Positions 18,142 to 27,722 are shown, counted from the stretch's first letter. The stretch is DNA of 48,595 nucleotides from a virus (IMGVR_UViG_3300044931_000080:1-48595); one strand, 5' to 3'. Translations and numbers: made by a program. The notes: generated by a model from the sequence alone, not told the origin.

Positions 18142-18428
18142 GCACATGGCAGGACAAGGCGAAGACCGCCGTGCGCGACGTCCTCAGCATCAGCAACATC
18201 GCCCGGTGGGGGTGGCTGTTCGTCTCGGGCGCTCGCTGGCAGCGGGAGGCCCTGCTGTCCGACGAGAGCGTGGAGCGGGCGGAGCGGGCACTCAACGAGG
18301 CCGGATGGACGTGCGGCGGTGGTCTCCATGAGCCCGGCGAGTACGACCATTGCGAGGACTGCCGAGAAGTGGCCTGGGAGCTGGCCCGTGTGGCCCTCAC
18401 AGCAGCGATAGGAGACGGCGATGAGTGA
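18138..18428 (+). CDS. Hypothetical protein
   Basis: GTGA overlap, Cys cluster. Confidence 0.6.
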   Translation: MSTWQDKAKTAVRDVLSISNIARWGWLFVSGARWQREALLSDESVERAERALNEAGWTCGGGLHEPGEYDHCEDCREVAWELARVALTAAIGDGDE

Positions 18429-18645
18429 CGAACTGAGAGACCGGATCGCGTACGAGCTGGCTGGGCACCAGATCGGGCTCGGATACCAGGGTGCATTCGT
18501 CGACATGGAAGAGGCGCGAGAGATGGCCCAGGCGGTCATCGATGACCTGGGGCTGGTCGTGGAGAGGACCGTGCGCGTCGTGGATCATGGTGCGGGAGAG
18601 GTCCGCATCCCCGAGACCCGAGTAGTCGGAAAGTGGGAACGATGA
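18421..18645 (+). CDS. Hypothetical protein
   Basis: GGAG RBS, coupled. Confidence 0.6.
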   Translation: MSDELRDRIAYELAGHQIGLGYQGAFVDMEEAREMAQAVIDDLGLVVERTVRVVDHGAGEVRIPETRVVGKWER

Positions 18646-18941
18646 GTGAACGACAGCAGCAAGCGTGGGACGAGGCGAGCGACCCGTTCGCGCCTACGAA
18701 CACGCCAGGGTCGCGCCGGATGAGCCAGATCGACTCGGTAGCAGGCCGGCGTTACGGCAACCTGGATGACTCCGCGGTGGTGGGATTCATCGAGGGGGCG
18801 CATTGGGCGGACGCGAACCCCCGGCGCACCATCACCCTCGCCCAGTCCGAGGCGATCCTCGACGCGGGCAGGGTGGTCCGGTACGAGGACCACGAGGCAG
18901 CACTCAGGGCGGCAGGAATCGAGGTCGTAGACGATGAGTAA
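18642..18941 (+). CDS. Hypothetical protein
   Basis: ATGA overlap. Confidence 0.6.
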   Translation: MSERQQQAWDEASDPFAPTNTPGSRRMSQIDSVAGRRYGNLDDSAVVGFIEGAHWADANPRRTITLAQSEAILDAGRVVRYEDHEAALRAAGIEVVDDE

Positions 18942-19182
18942 GCGGTTCTTCACATCAGACCTGCACCGCAGGTACGGCATCTACGAGCTTGAGGACTCGT
19001 GCACCAACCCGAGCGAAGAGCACCGCGAAGAGCGGCACCGCGAATGCTCCGACGACATTGGCGAGTTCTACTGCGAGGACCTGCCGGTCGGGGCTGTGTG
19101 CGACTCGTGCAGGGACGAGGACGGGGAGCGAGTCGAATGGCCCTGCCCCACCGTGACAGCAGTCCAGCGGCACCTCACGTGA
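18934..19182 (+). CDS. Small Cys-rich protein ending in WPCPT motif, possible chimera
   Basis: Starts MSKRFFTSDLH (phosphoesterase-like), ends CDSC...WPCPT. Confidence 0.6.
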   Translation: MSKRFFTSDLHRRYGIYELEDSCTNPSEEHREERHRECSDDIGEFYCEDLPVGAVCDSCRDEDGERVEWPCPTVTAVQRHLT

Positions 19183-19187
19183 CCCTT

Positions 19188-19226
19188 GCCAGGGCGGGCC
19201 CCACACACCGTGGGGCTCGTCCTGGC
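19188..19226 (+). terminator. GC-rich hairpin closing the early operon
   Basis: GCCAGGGCGGGCCCCAC-N5-GTGGGGCTCGTCCTGGC (two G-U pairs), no U tract. Confidence 0.55.
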
Positions 19227-19345
19227 CAATGTCCGCGTTGACATCGCACAATTGATCCTATGGGAGTCGATAACGCGGATCGTTACCTCACGGCAGTGGG
19301 CATCGCCGTCGTGCACGTTACAGCACGCAAAGCAGGAGAACACCA

Positions 19346-19984
19346 GTGAGTGCGTTCAAACACCAGTGCACGGCAACAGCACGCACCACAGGGAAGCAAT
19401 GTACACGACCCGCCATCAAAGGTGGGTCAGTGTGCTACCACCATGGCGGAAACGCACCACAAGTACGCAAAGCGGCACAACGACGCGGTGTCGAAGCGGC
19501 GATGCAGGCCCGCGCTGAACGGCTCCTCCGCCGTCGGCTCGGCATGCGCCTCGACGACACCAGCCCTGACCCTGCTCAGATCCTCCTCAACCTTGTCGCC
19601 ACCAAAGCGACCGAGGTGGAATGGCTCGACGCAAAGATCCAAGCCCTCGAATCCGACGATGACTTGTTCTGGGGAGTGACGAAGCGGAAGACCGGTGTGG
19701 GTGCGAACGGGCCCATCGATGAGGAGACGGTGGCGGCGGCGCAGCACATCATCTACCAACTCCTCCACAAGGCGCAGGACCAGCTCGCCAAGTACACGAG
19801 TGACGCACTGCGGGCGGGGATTGAGGAGCGGCAGGTCAAGCTCGCAGAACGCACCAGCGCGCAGTTCTCGTGGATCCTCACCCAGCTGATCGCCCGCCTC
19901 GACCTCACCACTCGACAGCGGGAGCAGGCGGACCAGCTCATCCCCACCCTGATGCGCGACGCGCCCACGCAGGGGGCTGCATGA
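19346..19984 (+). CDS. Putative terminase small subunit
   Basis: CTA....G.QC...AI.GG.VC..HGG N-terminal motif and helical C-terminus typical of actinophage TerS-like proteins; AGGAG RBS. Confidence 0.65.
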   Translation: MSAFKHQCTATARTTGKQCTRPAIKGGSVCYHHGGNAPQVRKAAQRRGVEAAMQARAERLLRRRLGMRLDDTSPDPAQILLNLVATKATEVEWLDAKIQALESDDDLFWGVTKRKTGVGANGPIDEETVAAAQHIIYQLLHKAQDQLAKYTSDALRAGIEERQVKLAERTSAQFSWILTQLIARLDLTTRQREQADQLIPTLMRDAPTQGAA

Positions 19985-20217
19985 CTCGCATGCAGGACAT
20001 ACACGCGGCGACCGTCGAGCTGCAGGAAGCAACCCAACGTCTCGGCCAGACGATGACCATGCGGGGCCTGCCCGGTGACCCCGCCCAGATCGAACTCGAG
20101 TGCACGCGCATGGCCCAGGACCTCACCGACACGACCGGCACACCCCTCGCGTGGGCACTCCGCGCCACCGCACGGCAGGTCGAGGCGAACCGCATCAAGA
20201 TCGAGGAGGGGCGCTGA
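19981..20217 (+). CDS. Hypothetical protein
   Basis: ATGA / TGATG coupling. Confidence 0.6.
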   Translation: MTRMQDIHAATVELQEATQRLGQTMTMRGLPGDPAQIELECTRMAQDLTDTTGTPLAWALRATARQVEANRIKIEEGR

Positions 20218-20825
20218 TGTTCACCACCGCACTCCACGAACTCCCAGGCCTCATCGCAGAACTCCGCACCCGCCTCGAACCAGGCACAGGGGAGGAGACA
20301 GGCCGCAGGCCACCGGGGTTCGCGAAGCACGCACCCACCAACCTCGGACCTCTCGACGCAGCCGATGACCTGTTCGGATCCCTGGTGGAGCACGCCGGAG
20401 CAATCGCAGACATGCTCGGCACGAAACCACCCCGCACACGCGCCTGGGGTGGGCACAGGGGCATCCCAGCTCACATGGACGCATCGACCGCCCAGCATCA
20501 GGCGGCGGCGCTGGCGCGGTTCATCGAGCACCAGCACCCCCTCATCCAGGATCGTGACTTTGCGGGGGAGATCGAGGCGGACATCATCAAGCGGTGGCAG
20601 AAAGCCTCAGGCCGGTTCCCGCTCACCCCGTCCCCGGAACGCATCGACGCACGGTGTCGGAACTGTGGCCGGCTGAACCTCCACCAACACCCACCCGAGA
20701 CGGCGGGCGGGGATCAGACGTGGAAGTGCCACACCTGCGGGCTGCACCTGCTCGAGCGGGATGTGATCGAACGCCTGGCCGCCCGCGAACGCGAGAAGAA
20801 GCACAAGAGGAAGAAGGCAGCATGA
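20217..20825 (+). CDS. Zn-ribbon protein, possible late regulator
   Basis: CRNCG...CHTCG; located just before late genes. Confidence 0.65.
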   Translation: MFTTALHELPGLIAELRTRLEPGTGEETGRRPPGFAKHAPTNLGPLDAADDLFGSLVEHAGAIADMLGTKPPRTRAWGGHRGIPAHMDASTAQHQAAALARFIEHQHPLIQDRDFAGEIEADIIKRWQKASGRFPLTPSPERIDARCRNCGRLNLHQHPPETAGGDQTWKCHTCGLHLLERDVIERLAAREREKKHKRKKAA

Positions 20826-21052
20826 GCTGGATCCACGACACCCACAAGGAAGCGCTCGAGATCATCCGGGGCATCGGCCTCGACCCGAACAACATCCCTG
20901 CCGGCAGCGTCGATGTCGACGGCGACATCCTCACCGTCCGAGAGTTCACCCTCGACGAGGACGGGCACAAGATCCTCGATGGCGATGAGTACCGAAAGCA
21001 CACCCGCACGTACCGCCTCCACCCCGTAGAACCCCTCGAGGAGCCAGCATGA
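20822..21052 (+). CDS. Hypothetical protein
   Basis: ATGA coupling. Confidence 0.65.
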   Translation: MSWIHDTHKEALEIIRGIGLDPNNIPAGSVDVDGDILTVREFTLDEDGHKILDGDEYRKHTRTYRLHPVEPLEEPA

Positions 21053-21168
21053 GGCGCCCAGCAGGGTACGTGATCGCCAGGCCACACCCCGCCCCGTGGC
21101 CGCGCAGCCCCGAACTAGACCGGGCGATCCGATACGTCATCGCATGGGCCGAAAGAGAGGAAGCATGA
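21049..21168 (+). CDS. Hypothetical protein (39 aa)
   Basis: Read manually; ATGA overlaps at both ends. Confidence 0.45.
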   Translation: MRRPAGYVIARPHPAPWPRSPELDRAIRYVIAWAEREEA

Positions 21169-21374
21169 ACGAAGGCCACGAAGACTGCTGGCGGTCCAGC
21201 CTGACGCCCAACGGGTTCGCCAAGGGCGGCATCATGCCGCACAGCCCACGATGCGACCGGGCGCACCTCGACCCCATCTACGCATACGACGCGACCGGCA
21301 CGGCAAGCGACTACCTAGTCGCGGACCACTGCCGGTGCTGCGGCGAGATCATCAGGAGGGCGGACTTCCAGTGA
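21165..21374 (+). CDS. Hypothetical protein
   Basis: GAGG RBS; CRCC motif. Confidence 0.5.
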   Translation: MNEGHEDCWRSSLTPNGFAKGGIMPHSPRCDRAHLDPIYAYDATGTASDYLVADHCRCCGEIIRRADFQ

Positions 21375-21583
21375 CCAGCCTCGATCGAGACGAGTGGGTG
21401 ACCCGGCAGCAGGCTCTCGACCAGTTCGGCATCACCCGGCAGACGTTCTGGAACTGGCGCAACCGGTACCCGATCCGCGAAACCCAACCCCACCCGCGTC
21501 TCCGCCTCTACAACCTCCACGACCTCACCGAAGCGGACGAGGCCGCGACCCGCCGCAACCCAACCATGAGAAACGTGATTTGA
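21371..21583 (+). CDS. Small MerR/Xis-like HTH protein
   Basis: WVTRQQA..QFGITRQTFWNW...LYNL. Confidence 0.7.
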   Translation: MTSLDRDEWVTRQQALDQFGITRQTFWNWRNRYPIRETQPHPRLRLYNLHDLTEADEAATRRNPTMRNVI

Positions 21584-21639
21584 CACATGCTGTGGTACGC
21601 TCGCGCTAGCGCGACAAATGACACCGATGGGATTCACCC

Positions 21640-23136
21640 ATGACAGTCGACTGGCGCGATCACTTCCTCGCACAACGCGAAACCACAGGCCCCAAATGGG
21701 CCACACCCGGCGCGATGGCACAAGCCCTCGACCCCCGCACCATCCAAACCCCCGCACTCGAGCTGATCGACCAGAAGCTCGTCGAAGCGTTCAACACCCC
21801 CGACAGCCGGCTCATCATCTCCATGCCACCCCAGGAAGGCAAGAGCCAAAGGGCGTCCCGCCGCTTCCCCCTCTGGGCCCTCACCCAGAACCGTGAACTA
21901 CGCATCGCCATGGCGTCCTACGAAGCCAGGATCGCGGAACGCTGGGGCCGCACCGTCCGCGACGACATCCGCCAACACCCCAACCTCGGGCTGACGATCC
22001 GCGACGACGTGAGTGCGCAGCGCGAATGGCAGCTCGACGGCCACGACGGCGGCATGTTCTCCACCGGCGTCGGTGGCGCCATGACCGGACGACCCGTCGA
22101 CATCCTCCTCATCGACGACCCCGTGAAGGGCCGCGAGCAAGCCGACAGCCCCACCATCCGCGAGAAGACATGGGAATGGTGGACAGACACCGCCCTGTCC
22201 CGACTCGCGCCCGGCGCACCCGTCATCATCATCCTCACCCGCTGGCACTCCGACGACCTCGCCGGCAGACTCATCGCGGAAGCGGACTCGGACTGGGAGT
22301 TCCTCAACATCCCCGCCCAAGCCGACCACCGCCCAGAGAAGGGTGAGACGGACGTCCTCGATCGCGAGCCGGGCGAGTTCATGCTCTCCGCCCGCGGACG
22401 CACCACGAACCAGTGGGAGGCACGGAAGAAAGCCTCCGGCCCGAAGACGTGGGCATCCCTGTACCAGGGCCGGCCATCCCCGGACGAGGGTGGCGTGTTC
22501 CCGAAGGACGACGAGTGGGCACGATACGACCAGCCGCTCTGGATCGAACACCCCGACGGCCACCGCACCGTGCCGGGCATCCACCGAGACGACCAGGAGC
22601 TCGTCCAGTCGTGGGACCTCACGTTCAAGGACACGAAGTCGTCCGACTACGTCGTCGGGCAGGTGTGGCTGCGCGTCGGAACACAGGCGTACCTGTTGGA
22701 TCAGGTGCGGGAGCGGCTGAACTTCACCCAGACCGTGGCTGCGATCACAGCGATGACCGCGAAGTGGCCCGAGGCCGTCGCGAAGTTCATCGAGGACAAG
22801 GCCAACGGGCCCGCCGTCATCAACGCCCTCAACCGGCAGGTGAACGGACTCATCCCGATCGAGCCGGAAGGGTCGAAGTACGCCCGCGCTTCCGCGATCA
22901 GCCCTCTGGTGTGGTCGAAGGACGTCATCCTGCCTGAACCGCACCTGCTGCCGAACGTGACGGACCTCCTCGAAGAGGCGAAGCACTTCCCGAACAGCCC
23001 GACAGATGACACGGTTGACGCTCTGTCTCAAGCCATAAACAGGATTCTCTTGCTGCCAATCCTCAACGGAGGATTCCACCAGCCTGACGAATACGACCTC
23101 ATGGATGAACGGGGCTGGACGATTTCCCCTTGGTAG
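21640..23136 (+). CDS. terL: Terminase large subunit
   Basis: MPPQEGKS Walker A, LLIDDP Walker B, SWD / IEDKANG / DDTVDA nuclease motifs. Confidence 0.95.
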   Translation: MTVDWRDHFLAQRETTGPKWATPGAMAQALDPRTIQTPALELIDQKLVEAFNTPDSRLIISMPPQEGKSQRASRRFPLWALTQNRELRIAMASYEARIAERWGRTVRDDIRQHPNLGLTIRDDVSAQREWQLDGHDGGMFSTGVGGAMTGRPVDILLIDDPVKGREQADSPTIREKTWEWWTDTALSRLAPGAPVIIILTRWHSDDLAGRLIAEADSDWEFLNIPAQADHRPEKGETDVLDREPGEFMLSARGRTTNQWEARKKASGPKTWASLYQGRPSPDEGGVFPKDDEWARYDQPLWIEHPDGHRTVPGIHRDDQELVQSWDLTFKDTKSSDYVVGQVWLRVGTQAYLLDQVRERLNFTQTVAAITAMTAKWPEAVAKFIEDKANGPAVINALNRQVNGLIPIEPEGSKYARASAISPLVWSKDVILPEPHLLPNVTDLLEEAKHFPNSPTDDTVDALSQAINRILLLPILNGGFHQPDEYDLMDERGWTISPW

Positions 23137-23144
23137 AGGGTGAC

Positions 23145-23561
23145 CTACGCGATCGCGTTGACCATCCGGTTCACGGTGGCACGCGACATACCGGTTTCCT
23201 GCTGCAAGACCGTCATCGGGTACTGCCCGGTGGCAATCGCCAGGTCGCGCACAGCGCGCACGCGCTCGAGCAGAGGACCCACGTCTCCTCGAGGCCACTC
23301 GGTTAGAAGCTCGGCAGGGATTGACGTGTCAATTTGCCCACCGGCCTCCCGAATGAACAGCCCAGACGCGATCTGCTGGATCGGGAGATCGCGCAACAGG
23401 GCGCCGGTAATCGGGGCTTGCGTTGACCCGGTGCAGGTGAGGTTGACGAGCCTGTAGCCGTCCGCGGTAGCGGTGAACGTCAGCGTTGCCGGCATCGGAC
23501 TGTCGACTGACACGGATGCTGTGGCGGGGACGCTGACGCCGCCGATGAGAGTTTTCTTCAT
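23145..23561 (-). CDS. Reverse-oriented moron protein with C-terminal HTH (DUF6214-like)
   Basis: TATAAT 6 nt before ATG (leaderless); GMSRATVNRMV HTH-like end; lower GC. Confidence 0.75.
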   Translation of the reverse strand: MKKTLIGGVSVPATASVSVDSPMPATLTFTATADGYRLVNLTCTGSTQAPITGALLRDLPIQQIASGLFIREAGGQIDTSIPAELLTEWPRGDVGPLLERVRAVRDLAIATGQYPMTVLQQETGMSRATVNRMVNAIA

Positions 23562-23624
23562 GGCCCAATTATAGGCGACCACAAACACCAAAGCACAGGT
23601 GTTTCAATGCGTAGGAGGTGGCCT

Positions 23625-25160
23625 GTGTCGCTTTTCTCATGGATCCGTGAGGGCATGGCCACCCCCACCGAGTTCCCGGATGACGGGCGCCTGTCGACGC
23701 TGTCTCATCAGCTCGAGGAAGCTCACAACCAGCTCCACTCCATGGCGGCCCTGTATCGGGAGGATGCGGGCTGGCAGGCGCTCACGCAGGCAACTGAGCG
23801 GGACATGACCCGCGAAGGCTTGCGCACGATCTCCCGCACGTGCCGGGTCATGCACGTCGCCAACCCCCTCATCAAGCGGGGCCTCAACTTGCGGGCCGCG
23901 TACGTGTTCGGCAGTGGTGTCGGCATCAGCGCACGCAGTGTGGGTGACGGGGCGGAGCAGGACGTGAATGCGATCGTCCAGGCGTTCCTCGATGACGACC
24001 ACACCCGTTCCGTGTTCTCCGGTGCGCAGGCCCGTGAGCAGATGGAGAACGCGCTCGGCACCGACGGCAACGTGTTCATCGCCCTCTTCACGAGCCCCCG
24101 AACGGGACGTGTGGAGCCGCGCACCCTGGATGTTGACGAGATTAGCGACATCATCACGAACCCGGAGGACAAGTCGGAGCCGTGGTTCTACCGTCGCGAC
24201 TTCATCCGCGAGCAGATCGGTGAACGCACCGGCCGCATCACGTCCCGGCAGGAAACCGTCTGGTACCCAGCACTCGGCCACACGCCCCGCCGGCGGAACC
24301 CGCTCATCGACGGGCATCCCGTCCAGTGGGACGCGCCTGTCTACCACGTGAAGGTCAACGTCGCCCTGGGCGCGAAGTGGGGCATCCCCGACGCCTACGC
24401 AGCCCTCCCATGGGCGCGTGCCTACAAGGAGTTCCTCGAGGACTGGGCAGTCCTCATGAAGAGCCTGTCCCGCATCGCGTGGCGCACGTCTTCGAAGCGG
24501 TCCGCCGCACAGCAGGCCCGCGCCGCACTCTCAGCCCAACAGTCTGCCGGCGGCGTCGCCCACATGGGTCCGGAAGATCAGCTCGAGGCTGTCCCGAAGA
24601 CGGGTGCGACGATCGACGCTGAGTCCGGACGGCCCCTCGCGACGATGATCGCGTCTGCGCTCGGATTCCCCGTCACTACCCTCCTAGCTGATCCCGGCCA
24701 GACCGGGGCACGTGCTGTCGCGGAGACCCTCGACCAGCCGACCGAGCTGGAGATGGGTGGCCGCCGTGAGGTGTGGACCGAAACGTACCGGCGTGTCATC
24801 GGGTACGTCATCGATCAGGCGGTCCTCGCACCCCAGGGGCCCCTCCACGGCAGTGTGACCGTCGACCAGTATTCGGGTCGGGAGACCGTCACGATCGGTG
24901 GGGTCGACGACCGCACGCTCGACATCGTGTGGCCCGACCTCGGCAAGACCCCGATTGAGACGCTCGTCAACGCAATCGTCGCCGCTGATGCGACGGGCAA
25001 GATGCCGCCCGTCGAAACCCTGCGCCTCCTGCTGCGCGCCCTGAACGTGCGGGATGTGGACGAGATCATCGAAACGATGACCGACGCGGACGGCCAGTGG
25101 ATCGACCCCGACGTGACCGCCGCGGATGACGCTGTGCGCCGCTTCGAGCGGGGCGAATAG
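23625..25160 (+). CDS. Portal protein
   Basis: Position after terL, size about 510 aa, GGAGG RBS, DGNVF motif. Confidence 0.88.
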   Translation: MSLFSWIREGMATPTEFPDDGRLSTLSHQLEEAHNQLHSMAALYREDAGWQALTQATERDMTREGLRTISRTCRVMHVANPLIKRGLNLRAAYVFGSGVGISARSVGDGAEQDVNAIVQAFLDDDHTRSVFSGAQAREQMENALGTDGNVFIALFTSPRTGRVEPRTLDVDEISDIITNPEDKSEPWFYRRDFIREQIGERTGRITSRQETVWYPALGHTPRRRNPLIDGHPVQWDAPVYHVKVNVALGAKWGIPDAYAALPWARAYKEFLEDWAVLMKSLSRIAWRTSSKRSAAQQARAALSAQQSAGGVAHMGPEDQLEAVPKTGATIDAESGRPLATMIASALGFPVTTLLADPGQTGARAVAETLDQPTELEMGGRREVWTETYRRVIGYVIDQAVLAPQGPLHGSVTVDQYSGRETVTIGGVDDRTLDIVWPDLGKTPIETLVNAIVAADATGKMPPVETLRLLLRALNVRDVDEIIETMTDADGQWIDPDVTAADDAVRRFERGE

Positions 25161-26206
25161 TGGCCATCACCGCCATCACGATCCGGCTGCAGTCTGAACT
25201 GCGGCGCCTCACAGACGGGTACGTGGACGCTGTGACTCGTGCCCTGGTCGCCCGCTGGTCGCAGGCGTGGCACGAGATCAGCGCGGAGTGGGAGCTGGTA
25301 GTGGGTGAGATCGTCGCCGCCCGCTCGACAGGGGAGGTGCTGCATCCCGCGCAGATCGCCCAACTGGCCCGCACACAGCGCGCTCTCACCGTGACGGCGG
25401 ACAAGCTCACCGAACTGGTGGGGGAGTTCGAGAACGTCCTAGGTGAGCCGCTGCAGGAGATCGTGCGCCGCACAGCGGACATGACCTCTCAGGTCGTCGC
25501 CTCCCAACTCCCGGATCTGCCGGTCTTCCAGTCGTTCACGCGGGTGGATGCGGCGGCGATGCAGGCCATCATCGACCGCACCATGAGCCGGATCGTCGCG
25601 GACAGCATGCCGCTCGCCCCTGATGCTCTGGATGCGGTGAAGGCATCCCTGATTCGTGCTGTGCCTGCCGGCTGGCATCCGGACAAGGCCGCCAGGGAGA
25701 TGCTCAAGCGCACCCGATCCTCGTTCAACGGGGGACTGGCCCGCGCCACGAGGATCGCACGCACAGAGCTCCTCGACGCGCACAGGGCTGCGAATCACGA
25801 CCAGATGCGAGCCAACGACACCGTCACCTCCTGGATCTGGTGGACGCAGTTGGATGCGACGACGTGCCCGTCCTGCATCGCCCAACACGGCACCATCCAC
25901 CCCAAGGGCGAGCCGGGGCCCCTCGACCACCCGAATGGGCGATGCACCGCGCTGCCGAAGACACAGACATGGGCAGACCTCGGCTTCCCCGATCTCGACG
26001 AACCCGCCGACCTCATCACCACGGCTGAGGACTGGATCCGCGACAACCCGCAGGACGCACTCCAGGCGTTGGGGGCGGACCGGTATCAGCTGCTCATGGA
26101 CGGTCGCATCACCATCTCTGACCTGTCCACCCTGACCAGTAACGACGGGTGGCGGGACTCCTACCAAGCCACCCCACTCGCAACGCTCCGGAAGGAGACC
26201 ACATGA
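25160..26206 (+). CDS. MuF-like minor head protein
   Basis: RIARTE, TCPSC..HG, DHPNGRC motifs. Confidence 0.9.
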   Translation: MAITAITIRLQSELRRLTDGYVDAVTRALVARWSQAWHEISAEWELVVGEIVAARSTGEVLHPAQIAQLARTQRALTVTADKLTELVGEFENVLGEPLQEIVRRTADMTSQVVASQLPDLPVFQSFTRVDAAAMQAIIDRTMSRIVADSMPLAPDALDAVKASLIRAVPAGWHPDKAAREMLKRTRSSFNGGLARATRIARTELLDAHRAANHDQMRANDTVTSWIWWTQLDATTCPSCIAQHGTIHPKGEPGPLDHPNGRCTALPKTQTWADLGFPDLDEPADLITTAEDWIRDNPQDALQALGADRYQLLMDGRITISDLSTLTSNDGWRDSYQATPLATLRKETT

Positions 26207-27372
26207 CCCTCCTCCGCGAAACCGCAACCCTCACACAGGCAGGCGGACGCTTCCGCATCGGCGTCATCACCCCCGGCGTCGGCTCCTCCGGCACCTACCC
26301 GCGGGAGACGATCGAAGCCGCCGAACGCGACCGCATCTTCCCCGCCGGCACCCACATGTACCTCGACCACGCCACCGAAGCACAGACGTGGGAGAAGCCG
26401 GAAGGGTCCCTCCGCGACCTCGTCGGTGTCCTCACGGAGGACGCACGGTGGGACGACGAATCGGGCGGCCTCGTCGCAGAAGCGAAGATCTACTCCCACT
26501 GGAAGCCGATCCTCGCTGAGATGAAGGACGACATCGGGGTCAGCATCCGAGCCTCCGGGGAAGTGAAGGAGACCAGCGAAGGCCGCATCGTCACCCGCCT
26601 CACCGAAGCCCGCAGCGTGGACTTCGTGACGAAGGCCGGACGCGGTGGGCGGATCCTCGAGGTCCTCGAGTCGCTGCGTGAGGGTGTCAACGATGAGACC
26701 CGCGACCTGCTGCGCAAGGCCGTCCGCGCTGCCCACCCGAATGGGTACGTGTGGGTGCGCGACCACGACGGTGAGCACGTGTGGTTCGACATCGACAGTG
26801 ACGACGGCGAGACCACCTACCAGCAGGCCTACACCCGCAACGGCATCACCATCACCCTCGACGGTGAACCCTCCCCAGTGGTGCCGACGACCGTGTACGT
26901 CCCCGCCCGTGGCACTGAGACCTCCCAGCCCCCGGCTGGACAGGAAGCACCAGTCAACGAATCCCAGGAAGGAACCCTCATGGGACACATCCAGATCGAG
27001 GAGTCCGCGCACGCGGCACTCACCGAGAAGGCCAGCCGGGCAGACACGCTCGAAACGCAGCTGGCCGAAGCCAACACCAAGATCGAGACGCTCGAGGCGG
27101 AGAAGACGAAGGCGGCACGCGCCACCCACGTCTCCAAGCTCATCGAGGCGGAGTTCGACGGCATCGACGACCCGGCAGGAGTCGCCGCTCTCCTCACCGA
27201 GAAGCACACGGCGGCGGACACGGACGACGACACCATCATCGCTGAGGCGAAGGACCGCGCCGCCAAGCTCACCCCCACCGGCGGCGTCACCAACCTCGGT
27301 GAGACCCGCCCCGTCGAAGAGGCCAAGAAGGTCACCGACGACGACATCATCGCTGCTCTGGAAGGAGCCTGA
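26203..27372 (+). CDS. Prohead protease/scaffold protein
   Basis: YLDH, GVSI, SVDFVT..GRGG motifs; coiled-coil scaffold C-terminus. Confidence 0.85.
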   Translation: MTLLRETATLTQAGGRFRIGVITPGVGSSGTYPRETIEAAERDRIFPAGTHMYLDHATEAQTWEKPEGSLRDLVGVLTEDARWDDESGGLVAEAKIYSHWKPILAEMKDDIGVSIRASGEVKETSEGRIVTRLTEARSVDFVTKAGRGGRILEVLESLREGVNDETRDLLRKAVRAAHPNGYVWVRDHDGEHVWFDIDSDDGETTYQQAYTRNGITITLDGEPSPVVPTTVYVPARGTETSQPPAGQEAPVNESQEGTLMGHIQIEESAHAALTEKASRADTLETQLAEANTKIETLEAEKTKAARATHVSKLIEAEFDGIDDPAGVAALLTEKHTAADTDDDTIIAEAKDRAAKLTPTGGVTNLGETRPVEEAKKVTDDDIIAALEGA

Positions 27373-27374
27373 CC

Positions 27375-27722
27375 ATGGCGAAGAACCAGCTCTACCCCGA
27401 GGCGAAGCACATCGCCCTCACCGCCGACCAGGACTACACCAGCGGCAGCCCTGTCGCGATCGGCGCAGTCCGAGGTGTCGCCCTCATCGACGCCCACGAG
27501 GGCGACCGCGTGACCGTGTGGACGGACGGATCCTGGGAGATCCCCGTCGCCGGCGCACTCACGGAGGGGCAGGTCGTCTACCTCAACGCCTCCGGCGCGC
27601 TGACCGCGACCGCGGGTGACACCGCGTGGGGCGTCTCCCTCGCCGTCAAGGGCACCGGCACCGCCCCTGCAGAGGTCGCACCGTTCGGCTTCGTCACCCC
27701 GACCCCGGCGTCTGCCGGCTGA
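27375..27722 (+). CDS. Capsid cement/decoration protein (DUF2190-like)
   Basis: MAKN...SG.PV..G...GVAL.D motif. Confidence 0.85.
   Translation: MAKNQLYPEAKHIALTADQDYTSGSPVAIGAVRGVALIDAHEGDRVTVWTDGSWEIPVAGALTEGQVVYLNASGALTATAGDTAWGVSLAVKGTGTAPAEVAPFGFVTPTPASAG

Noticed and set aside
4699-21052. Many proteins ending in EAA/GVAA/ELAA
   Set aside because: By-product of an embedded Shine-Dalgarno plus ATGA/GTGA overlaps, not a protein tag
21165-21374. FAKGG motif similar to tape-measure FAxGG
   Set aside because: Five residues only; may be chance
21898-23298. 466-aa minus-strand ORF
   Set aside because: Antisense to terL with no recognisable motifs
23562-23600. PafBC-like element for the terL-portal moron (also checked at HNH-3 and the 5525 moron)
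   Set aside because: These have good -10 hexamers but no TGTC at the required spacing
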